This document shows, piece after piece, positions 37,047 through 47,016 of a stretch of DNA of 64,000 bases. The stretch comes from Pseudomonadota bacterium (GTDB lineage: Bacteria > Desulfobacterota > Desulfobacteria > Desulfobacterales > RPRI01). The position numbers and the translations under genes were made by a program. The notes beneath the pieces are model-generated. The model ran no database searches. It was not told where the DNA came from and was given only the letters and a program-made list of their open reading frames with translations. Numbering within the stretch: position 1 is the stretch's first letter; each line of letters begins with the position of its first letter. Location of the stretch: positions 170,120 through 234,119 of the forward strand of contig JBDRRF010000076.1 of assembly GCA_043825875.1 (NCBI GenBank), given 5' to 3'.

Positions 37047-37857
37047 ATATTTGATATAGCAATCTTTCCTTCCTTGCTACCATTTCAACAATTTCCGGTG
37101 TTAAATATTTCTTTCGATAACTTGCAGATTGCATAAATGTATTTCGTGGGCGAAGTTTCTTCTTATTTAAAATAAAATCAATTTCACTTTTACGATAACC
37201 CGTTTTGTTTAAAAACTTGTATAAGTCCAGGTTTAATCTTTCAGTAGCAAGAAATTGAATATTATAGATATCATTTCGATATAATCCGGAAAGAACGTAA
37301 TCATCATCAAAGATTGGGAAAATTTTGGAGGGGTTTTTAAAAAAAAACTGAATGAACTGGATCGTCTGATTACCCAGATCAACTCGTAATTTATCGATTC
37401 CAACACGATATTGAATATTAAAATTTTGATATGTCAAAAATTCTTTAAAGGAAAGATCCGGAAATTTGGGAAATTCCCGTTTTAAAATATCTACAGGGGG
37501 AATAGGATGATCAGCCCACCAACGGAATTCATAGGTTGAAATATTTCTGGCATGCGGATTGCGAACAATACTAACGATTGGTTTGTCTCTGTATTCTTCC
37601 GGAATTTCTTCACATCTTCCATGCTGATGAGATAGTGCGTTATTTCCTGTAGCAAATTCTGACTGTGGCAGCATTATAGTTTTAGCAAAAGACCTTTTTG
37701 CAGTAAACCACTGCCCGCACAATAAACTAATAAAAGACTTTTTCTTTTTTCTGTGTGCATATATACCTTTAATTGAATCTGCAGCAAATGTAGACCCTGT
37801 TTTTGGAAAAAGTATCATTACAAAACTGTCGGTAACAAGCATTGAAAAAACCATCAA
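37003..37857 (-). CDS. Sulfotransferase-fold protein
   Basis: PKTGSTF (5'-PSB-like), VRNP..R..S.Y (3'-PB-like). Confidence 0.7.
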   Translation of the reverse strand: MMVFSMLVTDSFVMILFPKTGSTFAADSIKGIYAHRKKKKSFISLLCGQWFTAKRSFAKTIMLPQSEFATGNNALSHQHGRCEEIPEEYRDKPIVSIVRNPHARNISTYEFRWWADHPIPPVDILKREFPKFPDLSFKEFLTYQNFNIQYRVGIDKLRVDLGNQTIQFIQFFFKNPSKIFPIFDDDYVLSGLYRNDIYNIQFLATERLNLDLYKFLNKTGYRKSEIDFILNKKKLRPRNTFMQSASYRKKYLTPEIVEMVARKERLLYQIYADHGIVYDPEKYN

Positions 37858-37878
37858 CCTATAGAGAATATATTCTAA

Positions 37879-38742
37879 CTATTTTTTTGGTATATTTCTA
37901 ATTTTATCCTGAAATTTGGCAAAGGCATTTTGATATAAGGCAAAATCCAATTGATTATGCTCTACAATTTTTTGTTTCAGCCCCGAAGAAATTTCGTCAA
38001 CCAACTGCCGTTTAGGGGTGATATTTACACGGTGATACAAATCGCCCTTCCATCCGAACTTATGTGCAAACAGTTCTATCGAATCATTGAATTTTTCCTG
38101 AAAGCCGACAACATAACATCGTTCGATCAGAGCAAATGCAGCATCAAGAGCTTCTTGTTCATATTGTACTTGGTTTTCATCTCCCGGCAAATTTTCAAAC
38201 CACCTTATCTGATGTCTTAACGGTCTTAAAATTGAACGAATCTGGCCATTAAAAAATTCATTAAATGGTGAATACGGATCATCGGCAGGTATATAGTTTT
38301 TTAAGTCATCACTAAAAATCTGCTCGAGTGTTAAATTGTACTTCTTTATAATTCGGGCAAATTTATATATGGTATCATCCGGCAAAGAAATTCCGTAGTA
38401 ATAAAGTGATAAGGCTCGATCAACAGGGTCCCTGAGCAGTGTAAATACAGTAAAAGGTTGTTGCACAGCACCTGCAAAGCCCCCCGCAGAATGTCCAAGA
38501 ATACATTTTAGTGACTGCTTTTTTTTATTTGGGAGATCATCATAGTATTTTTGATACCAAGCAAAATCTTTTTGGGTTACTCTGTTCTCTATATCATAAA
38601 TATACAATAATTCGTTTTTCTTGTACTGAGACTCAATCGCAAGTTTAAGCGAACTACCTCCAGTTTTTGGTGTGTGCTGATATATATACAGCATATTTTT
38701 TGTTTCAGCAGGTTTTTGTCTTATACTAAAAAAGCCCATCAA
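37879..38742 (-). CDS. Sulfotransferase family protein
   Basis: HTPKTGGSS, LRDPVDRALSLY, HNQLDFALY. Confidence 0.85.
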   Translation of the reverse strand: MMGFFSIRQKPAETKNMLYIYQHTPKTGGSSLKLAIESQYKKNELLYIYDIENRVTQKDFAWYQKYYDDLPNKKKQSLKCILGHSAGGFAGAVQQPFTVFTLLRDPVDRALSLYYYGISLPDDTIYKFARIIKKYNLTLEQIFSDDLKNYIPADDPYSPFNEFFNGQIRSILRPLRHQIRWFENLPGDENQVQYEQEALDAAFALIERCYVVGFQEKFNDSIELFAHKFGWKGDLYHRVNITPKRQLVDEISSGLKQKIVEHNQLDFALYQNAFAKFQDKIRNIPKK

Positions 38743-38753
38743 AAACTCCTTGT

Positions 38754-40199
38754 TTATGATTTTTTTTTGGTTTTTAGCAGGTTATTCAGAAAAGAATAAA
38801 CCTTCCAGTACTTTGAATTTTTAATATTATTAATTTCATCCTTATGTCTATTCAATTCATAAATATTTTTTTCCTTATGTTGATTTAGCTTGCGGACAAG
38901 CACCTCATTTTCATAGTGTTTGGTAACATGATACTGCGGATGATCGGGAAACTCGGAAGGCTGATCCAAAGGTACATGCAAAGGGTACTCATTTTCCCTG
39001 TTATATTCATTAAACGTACTTTCGAGCCATTCCATATCTTTTGGTGCAATGCCTTTTGTTTTAGTGCGTACCTCCGATGTCAAAATACTCTTAAACAAGC
39101 CGCCGTTGTAAACAGTACTTTTAAAGGTTTCATTTGCTACTCCGACTCCCTCGATTTCAGATATCGGCTTCGGCCATGTAATCATATCTCCAATAAAAGA
39201 AATACCAAGCTGTTCACAACATTTGCGCAATACTACCTCTGATTCTGTGATAAGTGATTCAAATCTAATAATAGGCCAATTATTTTCCCTAAACTGTTGC
39301 CAGTCAAAAAGGAATCTTTTAAAACGAATGCGTAAGGGAGGATCTTCAGCAGTAGTACCGTTTAATCCATAAGACTTGTTCCGTAGTGAAGAATATGCTG
39401 AACGAACATCTCGAACAACTAGTAGCGGTCGGACCCGCCATCCCTGATCACTGTAAAAATCAGCAACTTCATTCCACCTAAAACAAGATGTTGTCATTTT
39501 ACACCAAGCCAGTTCCGTATTCGTATAAGGCATCAACAATATCCCTTCACTCCACATATCAAGTATTCCGCTCATATCCGGCCTTTGCAAGAAACACCAC
39601 GAAACCAATGTTGAGCCACCACTTTGCATACCTGTGCATAAAATCATTTCATTCTTGTTGTCATTTTTTTTAAGGCAGCGAAACCGTCCTTCTCCCTGTA
39701 TTGCACGAAACCCTGAATCCGCCCCAATTTTTTTTTCAGACATCCTATATGCAACCTGATCCTCACTTTTATTACATAATAACACAACCCCACCTTCGCA
39801 AAGATATTGCTCCAAATGACCAGCAATCTCAGCGTTGTTATTGTATATATCAATATCTATCACTATTAAATCAAATCCTTCTTTTGAAACAGGATGGTCT
39901 CCAATTTCTGAAAATTTGATATATTTTATTTGTTTTTCAATGGACAAAGAACCAAAAATATTTTTTAATAGATCTTTATTACAATCATTTTCTATACATT
40001 CTTTTATATCAACTGAATTCTTTGAGCATGCAACCAGATAAACAGTCCCGCTACATTCTTTAGCAACCTCTCCCAAACAAACCCCGATAGAAAGGCAGCT
40101 CGTTCCTATCTGAAGCAACGACCCGGTTTTAAAGGAAAGTTTTGACAATTTATACAAATAACACAATTCTTTTTTTGTTAGTAAAGTCAATTCGCTCAT
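38754..40199 (-). CDS. Methyltransferase-like / sulfotransferase-like fusion
   Basis: N-terminal LQIGT..FDLIVID..GGVV; C-terminal GMQSGGSTLV, VRDVR, IRFE; coiled coil ending NSKYWK. Confidence 0.6.
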   Translation of the reverse strand: MSELTLLTKKELCYLYKLSKLSFKTGSLLQIGTSCLSIGVCLGEVAKECSGTVYLVACSKNSVDIKECIENDCNKDLLKNIFGSLSIEKQIKYIKFSEIGDHPVSKEGFDLIVIDIDIYNNNAEIAGHLEQYLCEGGVVLLCNKSEDQVAYRMSEKKIGADSGFRAIQGEGRFRCLKKNDNKNEMILCTGMQSGGSTLVSWCFLQRPDMSGILDMWSEGILLMPYTNTELAWCKMTTSCFRWNEVADFYSDQGWRVRPLLVVRDVRSAYSSLRNKSYGLNGTTAEDPPLRIRFKRFLFDWQQFRENNWPIIRFESLITESEVVLRKCCEQLGISFIGDMITWPKPISEIEGVGVANETFKSTVYNGGLFKSILTSEVRTKTKGIAPKDMEWLESTFNEYNRENEYPLHVPLDQPSEFPDHPQYHVTKHYENEVLVRKLNQHKEKNIYELNRHKDEINNIKNSKYWKVYSFLNNLLKTKKKS

Positions 40200-40206
40200 A
40201 AAAAAT

Positions 40207-41142
40207 CTATTTTCTTTTGTTATTGGAATATATAAAATTACTAAATCGTCTTTTTGCTCTACTTAGCAATTTTTTTTTATCTACAATGCCTCCATTATTT
40301 AACGAAACCAGACTACTATAATAATTTAAATCCACTACAGGTATAGTCTCAAGAAATTTTTCGCATTCAAGGATATCTGCAACTCGGCTTCCTGAAAAGT
40401 TTCTACAGTTTACAATCCAGGACTGTTCCAACCCAGAATAAGGAATTATCCATGAATACCTGTAGCGTGCCATCCTGAGCGTTTTCCTGTCATCTTGCAT
40501 TGGCTCACCAGAACCTTGATGCCACGGATGGTAGACTTTTTTATCAGGAGACCATTTTATTGCCATTCCTGAATTGCGAAGACGTGTATATAGTTCTATA
40601 GCCTGACAACCTGACCCGGCAAAAGCACTATGGGTTTCATATCCATTTACATTTTCAAAGTTATAACGGCTCAATGTCAGGCATCCACTGTAATTTTCCG
40701 GGTTTGTCAACCGGCAGTTTTTCTCCAAATAAGAAAATGCGATTCTTTCTTTTACCCGGGTTTCCCCTATTTCATCATATCGCTGAAAATATAATGCCAG
40801 ATCTCTATGATACTGATGTGAATCCCATATGTACTGTAAAATATTCCGATCAACGGCTATATCACCGTCAGGAATCACCAGCAATTCTCCTAAGCTCAAT
40901 TCTACACCCGCATTAATACATAAACCTAAATGCCAGGGTTCATCATAAGGATGATTTAGGGTCAAAAGCTTTGCATTGGAATATTGGCTTATTGTTTCTT
41001 TGATTTGATTATTTGACTGGTAGAAATCGACCCAGATCAACTCATATTCATTATTTTTAAAATTCTGATCACCAAAAGACCTTATAGTATGATCGCTTTC
41101 CCTGAAATTACCATCCCATGTAATAACCGATATTTTCAGCAT
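40207..41142 (-). CDS. GT2-like glycosyltransferase
   Basis: CINAGV, IPDGDI, VNGYE, YHPWH. Confidence 0.7.
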   Translation of the reverse strand: MLKISVITWDGNFRESDHTIRSFGDQNFKNNEYELIWVDFYQSNNQIKETISQYSNAKLLTLNHPYDEPWHLGLCINAGVELSLGELLVIPDGDIAVDRNILQYIWDSHQYHRDLALYFQRYDEIGETRVKERIAFSYLEKNCRLTNPENYSGCLTLSRYNFENVNGYETHSAFAGSGCQAIELYTRLRNSGMAIKWSPDKKVYHPWHQGSGEPMQDDRKTLRMARYRYSWIIPYSGLEQSWIVNCRNFSGSRVADILECEKFLETIPVVDLNYYSSLVSLNNGGIVDKKKLLSRAKRRFSNFIYSNNKRK

Positions 41143-42143
41143 CCTCGCTCTTCCACGGTTTTCGCAGTTAATCTTTTAAAATCACTTATCCATGCATTGC
41201 AACTTTCCAATTCCATAGATCCAACTAATCCTTTTTTATTCAGCATCTTATATATCCTTAAAATATTATCCGGTTGATCGGAACTTAAATCGATCGATTC
41301 AAGAATATCTACTACCTCTTTCGTCTTGAGATAACATTCTATTTCCTGCTCGAAATCGTCCATAAGATTGTGAGTATTTCTTTCCTGATATACAACCGCT
41401 TTGCTGAAACCTAATCGAAGATCATTAACCCACATCAAACGCTGTGCAATATAACTTCTTAATATATCAGTAAACCTAAAAGTGACACTAACAGGCAGAT
41501 AAAGACAGGGAAAAACGTTGCGAATCCAAAAAGTGTTTTGAGAATTAAACGGACAATAACAACCTTTATCAATAGCAAGTGAAGGATGTTTATCAAATAC
41601 TATCTTTTTGTTAACCGTCAACCGGTATATGGCATCTACATCAGGATCAATATCCACAAGCCCTTGTAAAATACCAATATCAGTTACGATATTAGTTTTT
41701 AGCTTATCACCAAGATATTTTTTTATTTCATCTAACGGAAAACCTCGAGGCCAAACCTTATACCGCGTAAAGTATTTATAGACATTTACAAACCGTTCTG
41801 AAGATACAATCATCCTGTCACAATAAAAATCCGGTAACTGCCAATCGGATGTCGGGAAATTATCGTCATCGGTATCATATATAATTTCAGCACCTTTTTT
41901 GATTGCATACAAATAGCCAATATTTTTTCTCGCATAATGGTTATACGGCAACTTCTCTATAATCGAAAAAGGTAATTTCCTTTGATCCTCTAATGAAAGA
42001 TATGTCAAATTGGCAGTACTTTCAATATGTTTACTTTTTTTGTCACCAACAACCACAATATGCCATCCATCGAATTTTTCAAACTCGGATATAGCCTTTG
42101 TTTTTTCATTAATTGTTGTTATTATAATGAAGTTTTTCATCAT
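41136..42143 (-). CDS. STELLO/DUF288-like glycosyltransferase
   Basis: ITTIN, VVGDKK, RKNIGYLYAI, DTDDDN, WPRGFPL, PDVDAIYRL, PFNSQNT. Confidence 0.85.
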   Translation of the reverse strand: MMKNFIIITTINEKTKAISEFEKFDGWHIVVVGDKKSKHIESTANLTYLSLEDQRKLPFSIIEKLPYNHYARKNIGYLYAIKKGAEIIYDTDDDNFPTSDWQLPDFYCDRMIVSSERFVNVYKYFTRYKVWPRGFPLDEIKKYLGDKLKTNIVTDIGILQGLVDIDPDVDAIYRLTVNKKIVFDKHPSLAIDKGCYCPFNSQNTFWIRNVFPCLYLPVSVTFRFTDILRSYIAQRLMWVNDLRLGFSKAVVYQERNTHNLMDDFEQEIECYLKTKEVVDILESIDLSSDQPDNILRIYKMLNKKGLVGSMELESCNAWISDFKRLTAKTVEERGC

Positions 42144-42144
42144 T

Positions 42145-43371
42145 TCACCAAGAAGAACTTTTTCTATCAATTGCCTTAGAGTTCCATTCCCCTATAATTT
42201 GGACAGGAGAATGACCAATGAATTTACCCGTTACCCTGAAATTACAAAGGTTTTGACACTTATAAACAACCTCACCATGTCTTTCAGTAGTGATGGTCAG
42301 GCAAATTGCATATAAACTTGGATTTAAATAAATTTTGCCTAAGCCAATCTCAAGAGTCATTTCACAGCCTGAATTTATAATCTTAATATCATTAAAAAAT
42401 GAGCTGCACTGTACAATTTCCTGTAACTCTTGGGTAACTATTGTCAAGCAGATATTGGGGTTTTCAATTTCCTTGGCTACGTTAAATTGAATAAGCACAT
42501 AAAGATCTTCCCCAAAGATAACTTCGTTGATATTTGCCTTCTCTCCACTTCGCAATTCAATTTTATTAACAATAGCTTTACCGCTCCCCCCCACCACAAG
42601 CGAGTGTTCCTCTGGCTGAAAGTGGTTGTAATAAATGTCTATTCCAGATGCCACATCTTTCCCATGGTAGCATACTTTACCAAAATCGATCACAATAAGA
42701 TTAGTACATATTCTTGAAACCTGTGGCATTGCGTGAGTAACTAAAATAACAGCCGCCTTCTGCATCATACCATAAATTGCGTTAAAACATTTCGCTCTGA
42801 AGCCAACATCTCCCACAGAAAGTACTTCATCAATAATCAGAATATCCGGATCCATCTGCACTGCTACTGCAAATCCCAACCGTACCTTCATACCCGAGCT
42901 GTAATACTGAACCGGAGTATCAATGAACTCAACAATCTCCGCAAACTCGACAATGTCATCAAACTTCCGGTCAACTTCCTCTTTTGTAAACCCTAATACT
43001 GCTCCATTAACATAGATATTTTCGCGTCCCGTAAGGATAGGATTGAAACCCGCTCCTAACTCAATTAACGCACCTACTCGTCCGTGCATCTCAATTCTGC
43101 CGCTATCCGGCTTAATCAAACCATTTAGCATTTTAAGAAGTGAGCTTTTACCGGCTCCATTAGGCCCAATTAGCCCCAAACATTCACCCCGCTTCAATTC
43201 GAAACTAACATCCTTCACCGCCCAGAACTCATCTTGACGCAGTTCTTCATTTCCGCAGTGTGAGCCGATCAACTCGCTACCCAAATCCTTCATGCCATAC
43301 CATAAAGACCGCTTCAGGCTTCGACAGAATTTTTTTGAAACGTTTTCGACTTTAATTAGAGTTTCAGACAT
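42145..43371 (-). CDS. wzt: Polysaccharide ABC transporter ATPase with C-terminal domain
   Basis: GPNGAGKS, YSSGMKVRLGF, IIDEVLSVGD. Confidence 0.93.
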   Translation of the reverse strand: MSETLIKVENVSKKFCRSLKRSLWYGMKDLGSELIGSHCGNEELRQDEFWAVKDVSFELKRGECLGLIGPNGAGKSSLLKMLNGLIKPDSGRIEMHGRVGALIELGAGFNPILTGRENIYVNGAVLGFTKEEVDRKFDDIVEFAEIVEFIDTPVQYYSSGMKVRLGFAVAVQMDPDILIIDEVLSVGDVGFRAKCFNAIYGMMQKAAVILVTHAMPQVSRICTNLIVIDFGKVCYHGKDVASGIDIYYNHFQPEEHSLVVGGSGKAIVNKIELRSGEKANINEVIFGEDLYVLIQFNVAKEIENPNICLTIVTQELQEIVQCSSFFNDIKIINSGCEMTLEIGLGKIYLNPSLYAICLTITTERHGEVVYKCQNLCNFRVTGKFIGHSPVQIIGEWNSKAIDRKSSSW

Positions 43372-43562
43372 TCGGATACTCTGCCGGAGCCTTCTGCTAT
43401 ATTAAAGACCACCGAAACTGATGATCTTTTTAGTTGGGATGTTAACCCGAATTTTTCTTCCGATGGGAAAGCACCCACAAGACGATAGAGTTGATCCACC
43501 CAGCCCATCGCCTTTATCCAAACATCAAACTTCTCAAATCTAAATCCGGATTCATCTACCAT
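43356..43562 (-). pseudogene. Truncated four-helix-bundle (23S rRNA-IVP-like) protein
   Basis: FEKFDVW, FPSEEKFGLTSQLKRSSVSVVFNIAEGSGR, then runs into wzt start. Confidence 0.8.
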
Positions 43563-43630
43563 ATTAATTCGTGAATCTCACTTTTTATAGCTTTACTTTT
43601 TCGCACCTATCACCTCTCGTCTTTTGTCTC

Positions 43631-44482
43631 TCAGGCGCTCATCCGTTCGATGAGAATAGGCATGGCAATCCGATATATTATCCAAACAATTAGAAGAAGT
43701 ACGATAGATATTGCATTTACCAAAAAGAAGTATCCTAAATACTCCGGGGAATATCCTGTAAGCCAATCTCGAGCCGTCAACACCAATGGAGTTATAGGAT
43801 TAATTTTATAAATGTACAACGCCCAACCGCTTTTCGGCATCGGAAACAAAACCGGAGTAAGATACATCAAAAACTGCATAAGCAAAGGAAGCGCTTTACC
43901 AATATCTGTATATAGCATCCCAACCGGCGTTAACAAAAGGCCTATAGCTGTTCCGGTCATAATAAGAGATATTATTCCAAACGGAAACAAAACAAATGTC
44001 CATGTTGGATAAATGCCAACTATCAGCAGAACAACAAGCATCAAAAGTATTTTAATTGTACTATTAAACAGAGTCTGATAAATTCCGGAAAGTACTATAG
44101 CTTCTTTAGGAAAATTAATTTTTGCCAGCATATGCTTTGCAGCGGTTGTCTGCTGTAAAGGTTTGTTAACCGACTCTATAAATATTGCCCAAAGAATTGT
44201 TCCGGTAAATACATATACCGGATAAGGCAGATTGGTTTTACCTACTTTTACAATGCCTGATCCGCTCAGAAATATCCAGGTAAGTGCATGAGCAAGAGGC
44301 AGTATAAATGCCCAAAGAAAGCCTAATGCAGTTTGCCGATACTGAGCTCGTATATCCCGCTTGGCAAGCTGCGTTGCAAGCTCACGCCCGGCAAACAAAT
44401 CCCTAAACATATCGCGCAGCATATGCATTGGATTTCGCAAAGAAGATTCAGGTGTATAAACAGTAATATTATTTTGTTTCAT
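43631..44482 (-). CDS. wzm: Polysaccharide ABC transporter permease
   Basis: RDIRAQYRQTALGFLW, KINFPKE, YLTPVLFP, INP. Confidence 0.93.
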   Translation of the reverse strand: MKQNNITVYTPESSLRNPMHMLRDMFRDLFAGRELATQLAKRDIRAQYRQTALGFLWAFILPLAHALTWIFLSGSGIVKVGKTNLPYPVYVFTGTILWAIFIESVNKPLQQTTAAKHMLAKINFPKEAIVLSGIYQTLFNSTIKILLMLVVLLIVGIYPTWTFVLFPFGIISLIMTGTAIGLLLTPVGMLYTDIGKALPLLMQFLMYLTPVLFPMPKSGWALYIYKINPITPLVLTARDWLTGYSPEYLGYFFLVNAISIVLLLIVWIIYRIAMPILIERMSA

Positions 44483-44488
44483 GTATTG

Positions 44489-44731
44489 CTACTTATTCAA
44501 AAACATCTTCTTATCATTAATTAAATAATCCACCAGCATATTCACACTCTCTTCTATAGTACTTTCACTTGTGTCAATTACTATATCCGGATTTTCAGGT
44601 TCTTCATAGGAAGAGCCTACACCGGTATAATTTTTTTTTAACTCCCGATCTGGCTTTTGCGTATAAACCTTTGGCATCTCTTGCTTCACATACATCAAGC
44701 GGACAATTACAATAAACTTCAATAAAGCTTT
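44489..44731 (-). pseudogene. Diverged, frameshifted duplicate of cysC 3' end
   Basis: Aligns to 47017-47258 with a +1 insertion in a T tract. Confidence 0.9.
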
Positions 44732-44817
44732 TGGGAAAAATTGGTAATAGAAGGGGTTCTACATCCCGTGGCTATGGGGCAAGCGAAGGGCACAAAAAAT
44801 AAAATATAACTATCGAT

Positions 44818-45216
44818 CTAACAGAGGGACTTTAAAGCCTGCCTGAAATGCACATCAAAACACAACGCAACCTTCAACCGTTCCTCCTTCATTACCACAA
44901 ACGAAAAACAGTCCACAAGCCCCCATGCTTTATCAGAATGTCCCTTATACAGAGCGAGCGCTTTCTCCATGTCTTCAGAATCAAAAGGAACAACCTTGGT
45001 ATTCCTGTCCGACCTTATCTTCTCAATAACAGCCACAGCGGTTGCACGATAAGGAGGCTTTGCAAGGCAATTGGCAAGTTCGACAAGCACCAGATCAGTC
45101 GTTATAAAAGGACCGGCATGGTTGGCTGATGCAGAAAGGGCATCTTCATGCCGTGCATCCTTTTTTCTGATTAGCGCAAGAAGATAGCTCGTATCAAGAA
45201 ATATCGCCTGCATCAC
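44818..45216 (-). CDS. VapC/PIN toxin
   Basis: FLDTSYLLAL, VLVE, WGLVDCFSFVVM, FDVHF. Confidence 0.88.
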   Translation of the reverse strand: MMQAIFLDTSYLLALIRKKDARHEDALSASANHAGPFITTDLVLVELANCLAKPPYRATAVAVIEKIRSDRNTKVVPFDSEDMEKALALYKGHSDKAWGLVDCFSFVVMKEERLKVALCFDVHFRQALKSLC

Positions 45217-45434
45217 TTCTTAGATACCCCGTAGAGATAGTGGTCATGTTGCTCCGCCAAGTCGGCTGGGAGGTCATCCTCTATGGCATAAGCAGCGACC
45301 TCGGAAAGAAGGGTTACGGGTTTCCCGGTCGTTTTATATTGCCTTTTCAGTTTTTTAACGAGATGTTCAACCTCAACCAACATTGAAGCCGGCAACAGAT
45401 CAAGGTCTTTTTTTAGTATTTCCAGTTTATTCAT
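45213..45434 (-). CDS. Probable antitoxin partner of the PIN toxin
   Basis: C-terminal PADLAEQHDHYLYG; overlaps toxin start; GAGG RBS. Confidence 0.75.
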   Translation of the reverse strand: MNKLEILKKDLDLLPASMLVEVEHLVKKLKRQYKTTGKPVTLLSEVAAYAIEDDLPADLAEQHDHYLYGVSKK

Positions 45435-45486
45435 ACAGTAACCTCTGTAAAAAAAATTCACTATTAAAGCTCTCTCTGAATAAAAA

Positions 45487-45804
45487 TCAATGAGCCCGGT
45501 ACGCCTGATCATGCGGCCCAAGCAATACAAACTTGACTGTCTGGTCAAGGGTCGTTCCGCAGTCTGAACAGAGGATAACGGCATCATCACCTTTTTTCCG
45601 GCAGATCTCACAGAACAGGTAAATGATAATGAAATTACGTTTGACATGGCAGGAATAGAACCCTTGCCAGTTTCCCTTCAAGGGTTCACCCATTGAAATG
45701 GGGTTCTCAAGAATCATGTCGACTTTGTTTTTCACCAGTTTCCTGATGGAAGCATGCTTCTTTAAAGCTTTGAGAAAAGCTGCTTCGAAACGCGCTTCAA
45801 TCAT
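45487..45804 (-). CDS. RelE/ParE-family toxin with Cys-rich insert
   Basis: GEPLKGNWQGFYSCH, CEICRK..CSDC, LGPHDQAY. Confidence 0.75.
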   Translation of the reverse strand: MIEARFEAAFLKALKKHASIRKLVKNKVDMILENPISMGEPLKGNWQGFYSCHVKRNFIIIYLFCEICRKKGDDAVILCSDCGTTLDQTVKFVLLGPHDQAYRAH

Positions 45805-46058
45805 TCCGCGAACACCTCGTCGTAGGTATGCCACACAGTCGAGCCGTCCTTGAGACGGATCATAACTTCCTGCATGGCGGTCTGAAACGCCGGGTCTGCA
45901 AAAATGAACTCAGCGTTTCTGCCTTCAACCTTTCTTTTCAGGTTGAGCAAATACTGCGTCATCAAATCGGCAACAGTAACGCGGTTTTCCGCGGCAAACA
46001 CCCGGGCGAAATCTGCAATATCCTGATCGAGACTGATGTTGATACGTGTTTTGGGCAT
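45801..46058 (-). CDS. RHH-like antitoxin
   Basis: KTRINISLDQD..., C-terminal WHTYDEVF; overlaps toxin start. Confidence 0.7.
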   Translation of the reverse strand: MPKTRINISLDQDIADFARVFAAENRVTVADLMTQYLLNLKRKVEGRNAEFIFADPAFQTAMQEVMIRLKDGSTVWHTYDEVFAE

Positions 46059-46267
46059 GATGTACCTCCTTATGATATGTTCCCAGCATACACACGAATG
46101 GATCAGATGTCAAACAATTTTAGGAGGAAAATAGAGGAACGTACAAAAGGTTCTTAAACCACTCCGGAAACATAGAAACAAGAAACGGTTCCTCGCTATT
46201 TCGTGTGGGTAACTCTCACCCTTGGATGCAATTCGATAAACATAGGGCCACAACAAAACCTTATCTG

Positions 46268-46294
46268 ACAGGATTTACATGATTAACAGGATGA
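46268..46294. repeat. 9-bp periodic repeat downstream of GxxExxY remnant
   Basis: ACAGGATTT-ACATGATTA-ACAGGATGA. Confidence 0.6.
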
Positions 46295-46389
46295 TTTATC
46301 AGACCGCTCCAAAAAGAGCGGCCTGAAACATGCAGCCGCTTCACGGAGGGTGAAACGCCAATGGTGTCCGGACCACTCCGATCGGCAAC

Positions 46390-46590
46390 TCATTGCTTTC
46401 CCTTCGCTGTACGATACTTGCGTTTGACATAAACACCCATTAAACCAAAATTGATCAGCAGGCCAACCTCAATTCCAGTTGCCACCAAATAGTTCACCAA
46501 CTGTTTTCGATAGACGCTTTCCAAAAATCCGAATCCCAAGTTGTTATAGACTTGGTAAGCACAGCCGATTACTTTGTGGATTTCAAAGCC
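46390..46590 (-). pseudogene. Internally deleted GxxExxY protein
   Basis: HKVIGCAYQVYNNLGFGFLESVY fused directly to QLVNYLVATGIEVGLLINFG. Confidence 0.8.
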
Positions 46591-46600
46591 CCATAGTCCA

Positions 46601-46924
46601 TTATAATGAGAAAATTTCCTGCCCGGTGCTCTTAATCTCATCAATAAGTATTCCACCTTTTGCATAGTCCTCAGGAGTAAAAGGGATGGGTTCAATCCTG
46701 CTGTCTATTCCACGTCTTAAGGGAACGATAAGCCTCCTGTCTGAATACCTGTCACCTTTAAATGCGGATGAAATAACAGCAATATCTATATCACTGTCTT
46801 CCCTTGGTGTTTTTTTCATGTAAGAACCAAACAACAACACTTTTTCAACAGAAATGTTATTTTCTTTTAATCGTACTATATATTTTTTTATTAAATTAAT
46901 AATTAAAGATTTTGAAGAAGCCAT
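46601..46924 (-). CDS. Minimal nucleotidyltransferase (MNT)
   Basis: LLFGSY...SDIDIAVIS. Confidence 0.88.
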   Translation of the reverse strand: MASSKSLIINLIKKYIVRLKENNISVEKVLLFGSYMKKTPREDSDIDIAVISSAFKGDRYSDRRLIVPLRRGIDSRIEPIPFTPEDYAKGGILIDEIKSTGQEIFSL

Positions 46925-47016
46925 TTTTTTAACCTCTCAATTTGTTCAAGTTTATTTATAGCACAATCATTATTTTAATATATTTTATACTATTCCGATA
47001 TCATCTGCAAGGATTC

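Noticed and set aside
43356..43562. Diversity-generating retroelement (Avd-like four-helix bundle)
   Set aside because: No reverse transcriptase and no adenine-specific TR/VR pair; the gene-end duplicates differ mostly at synonymous sites
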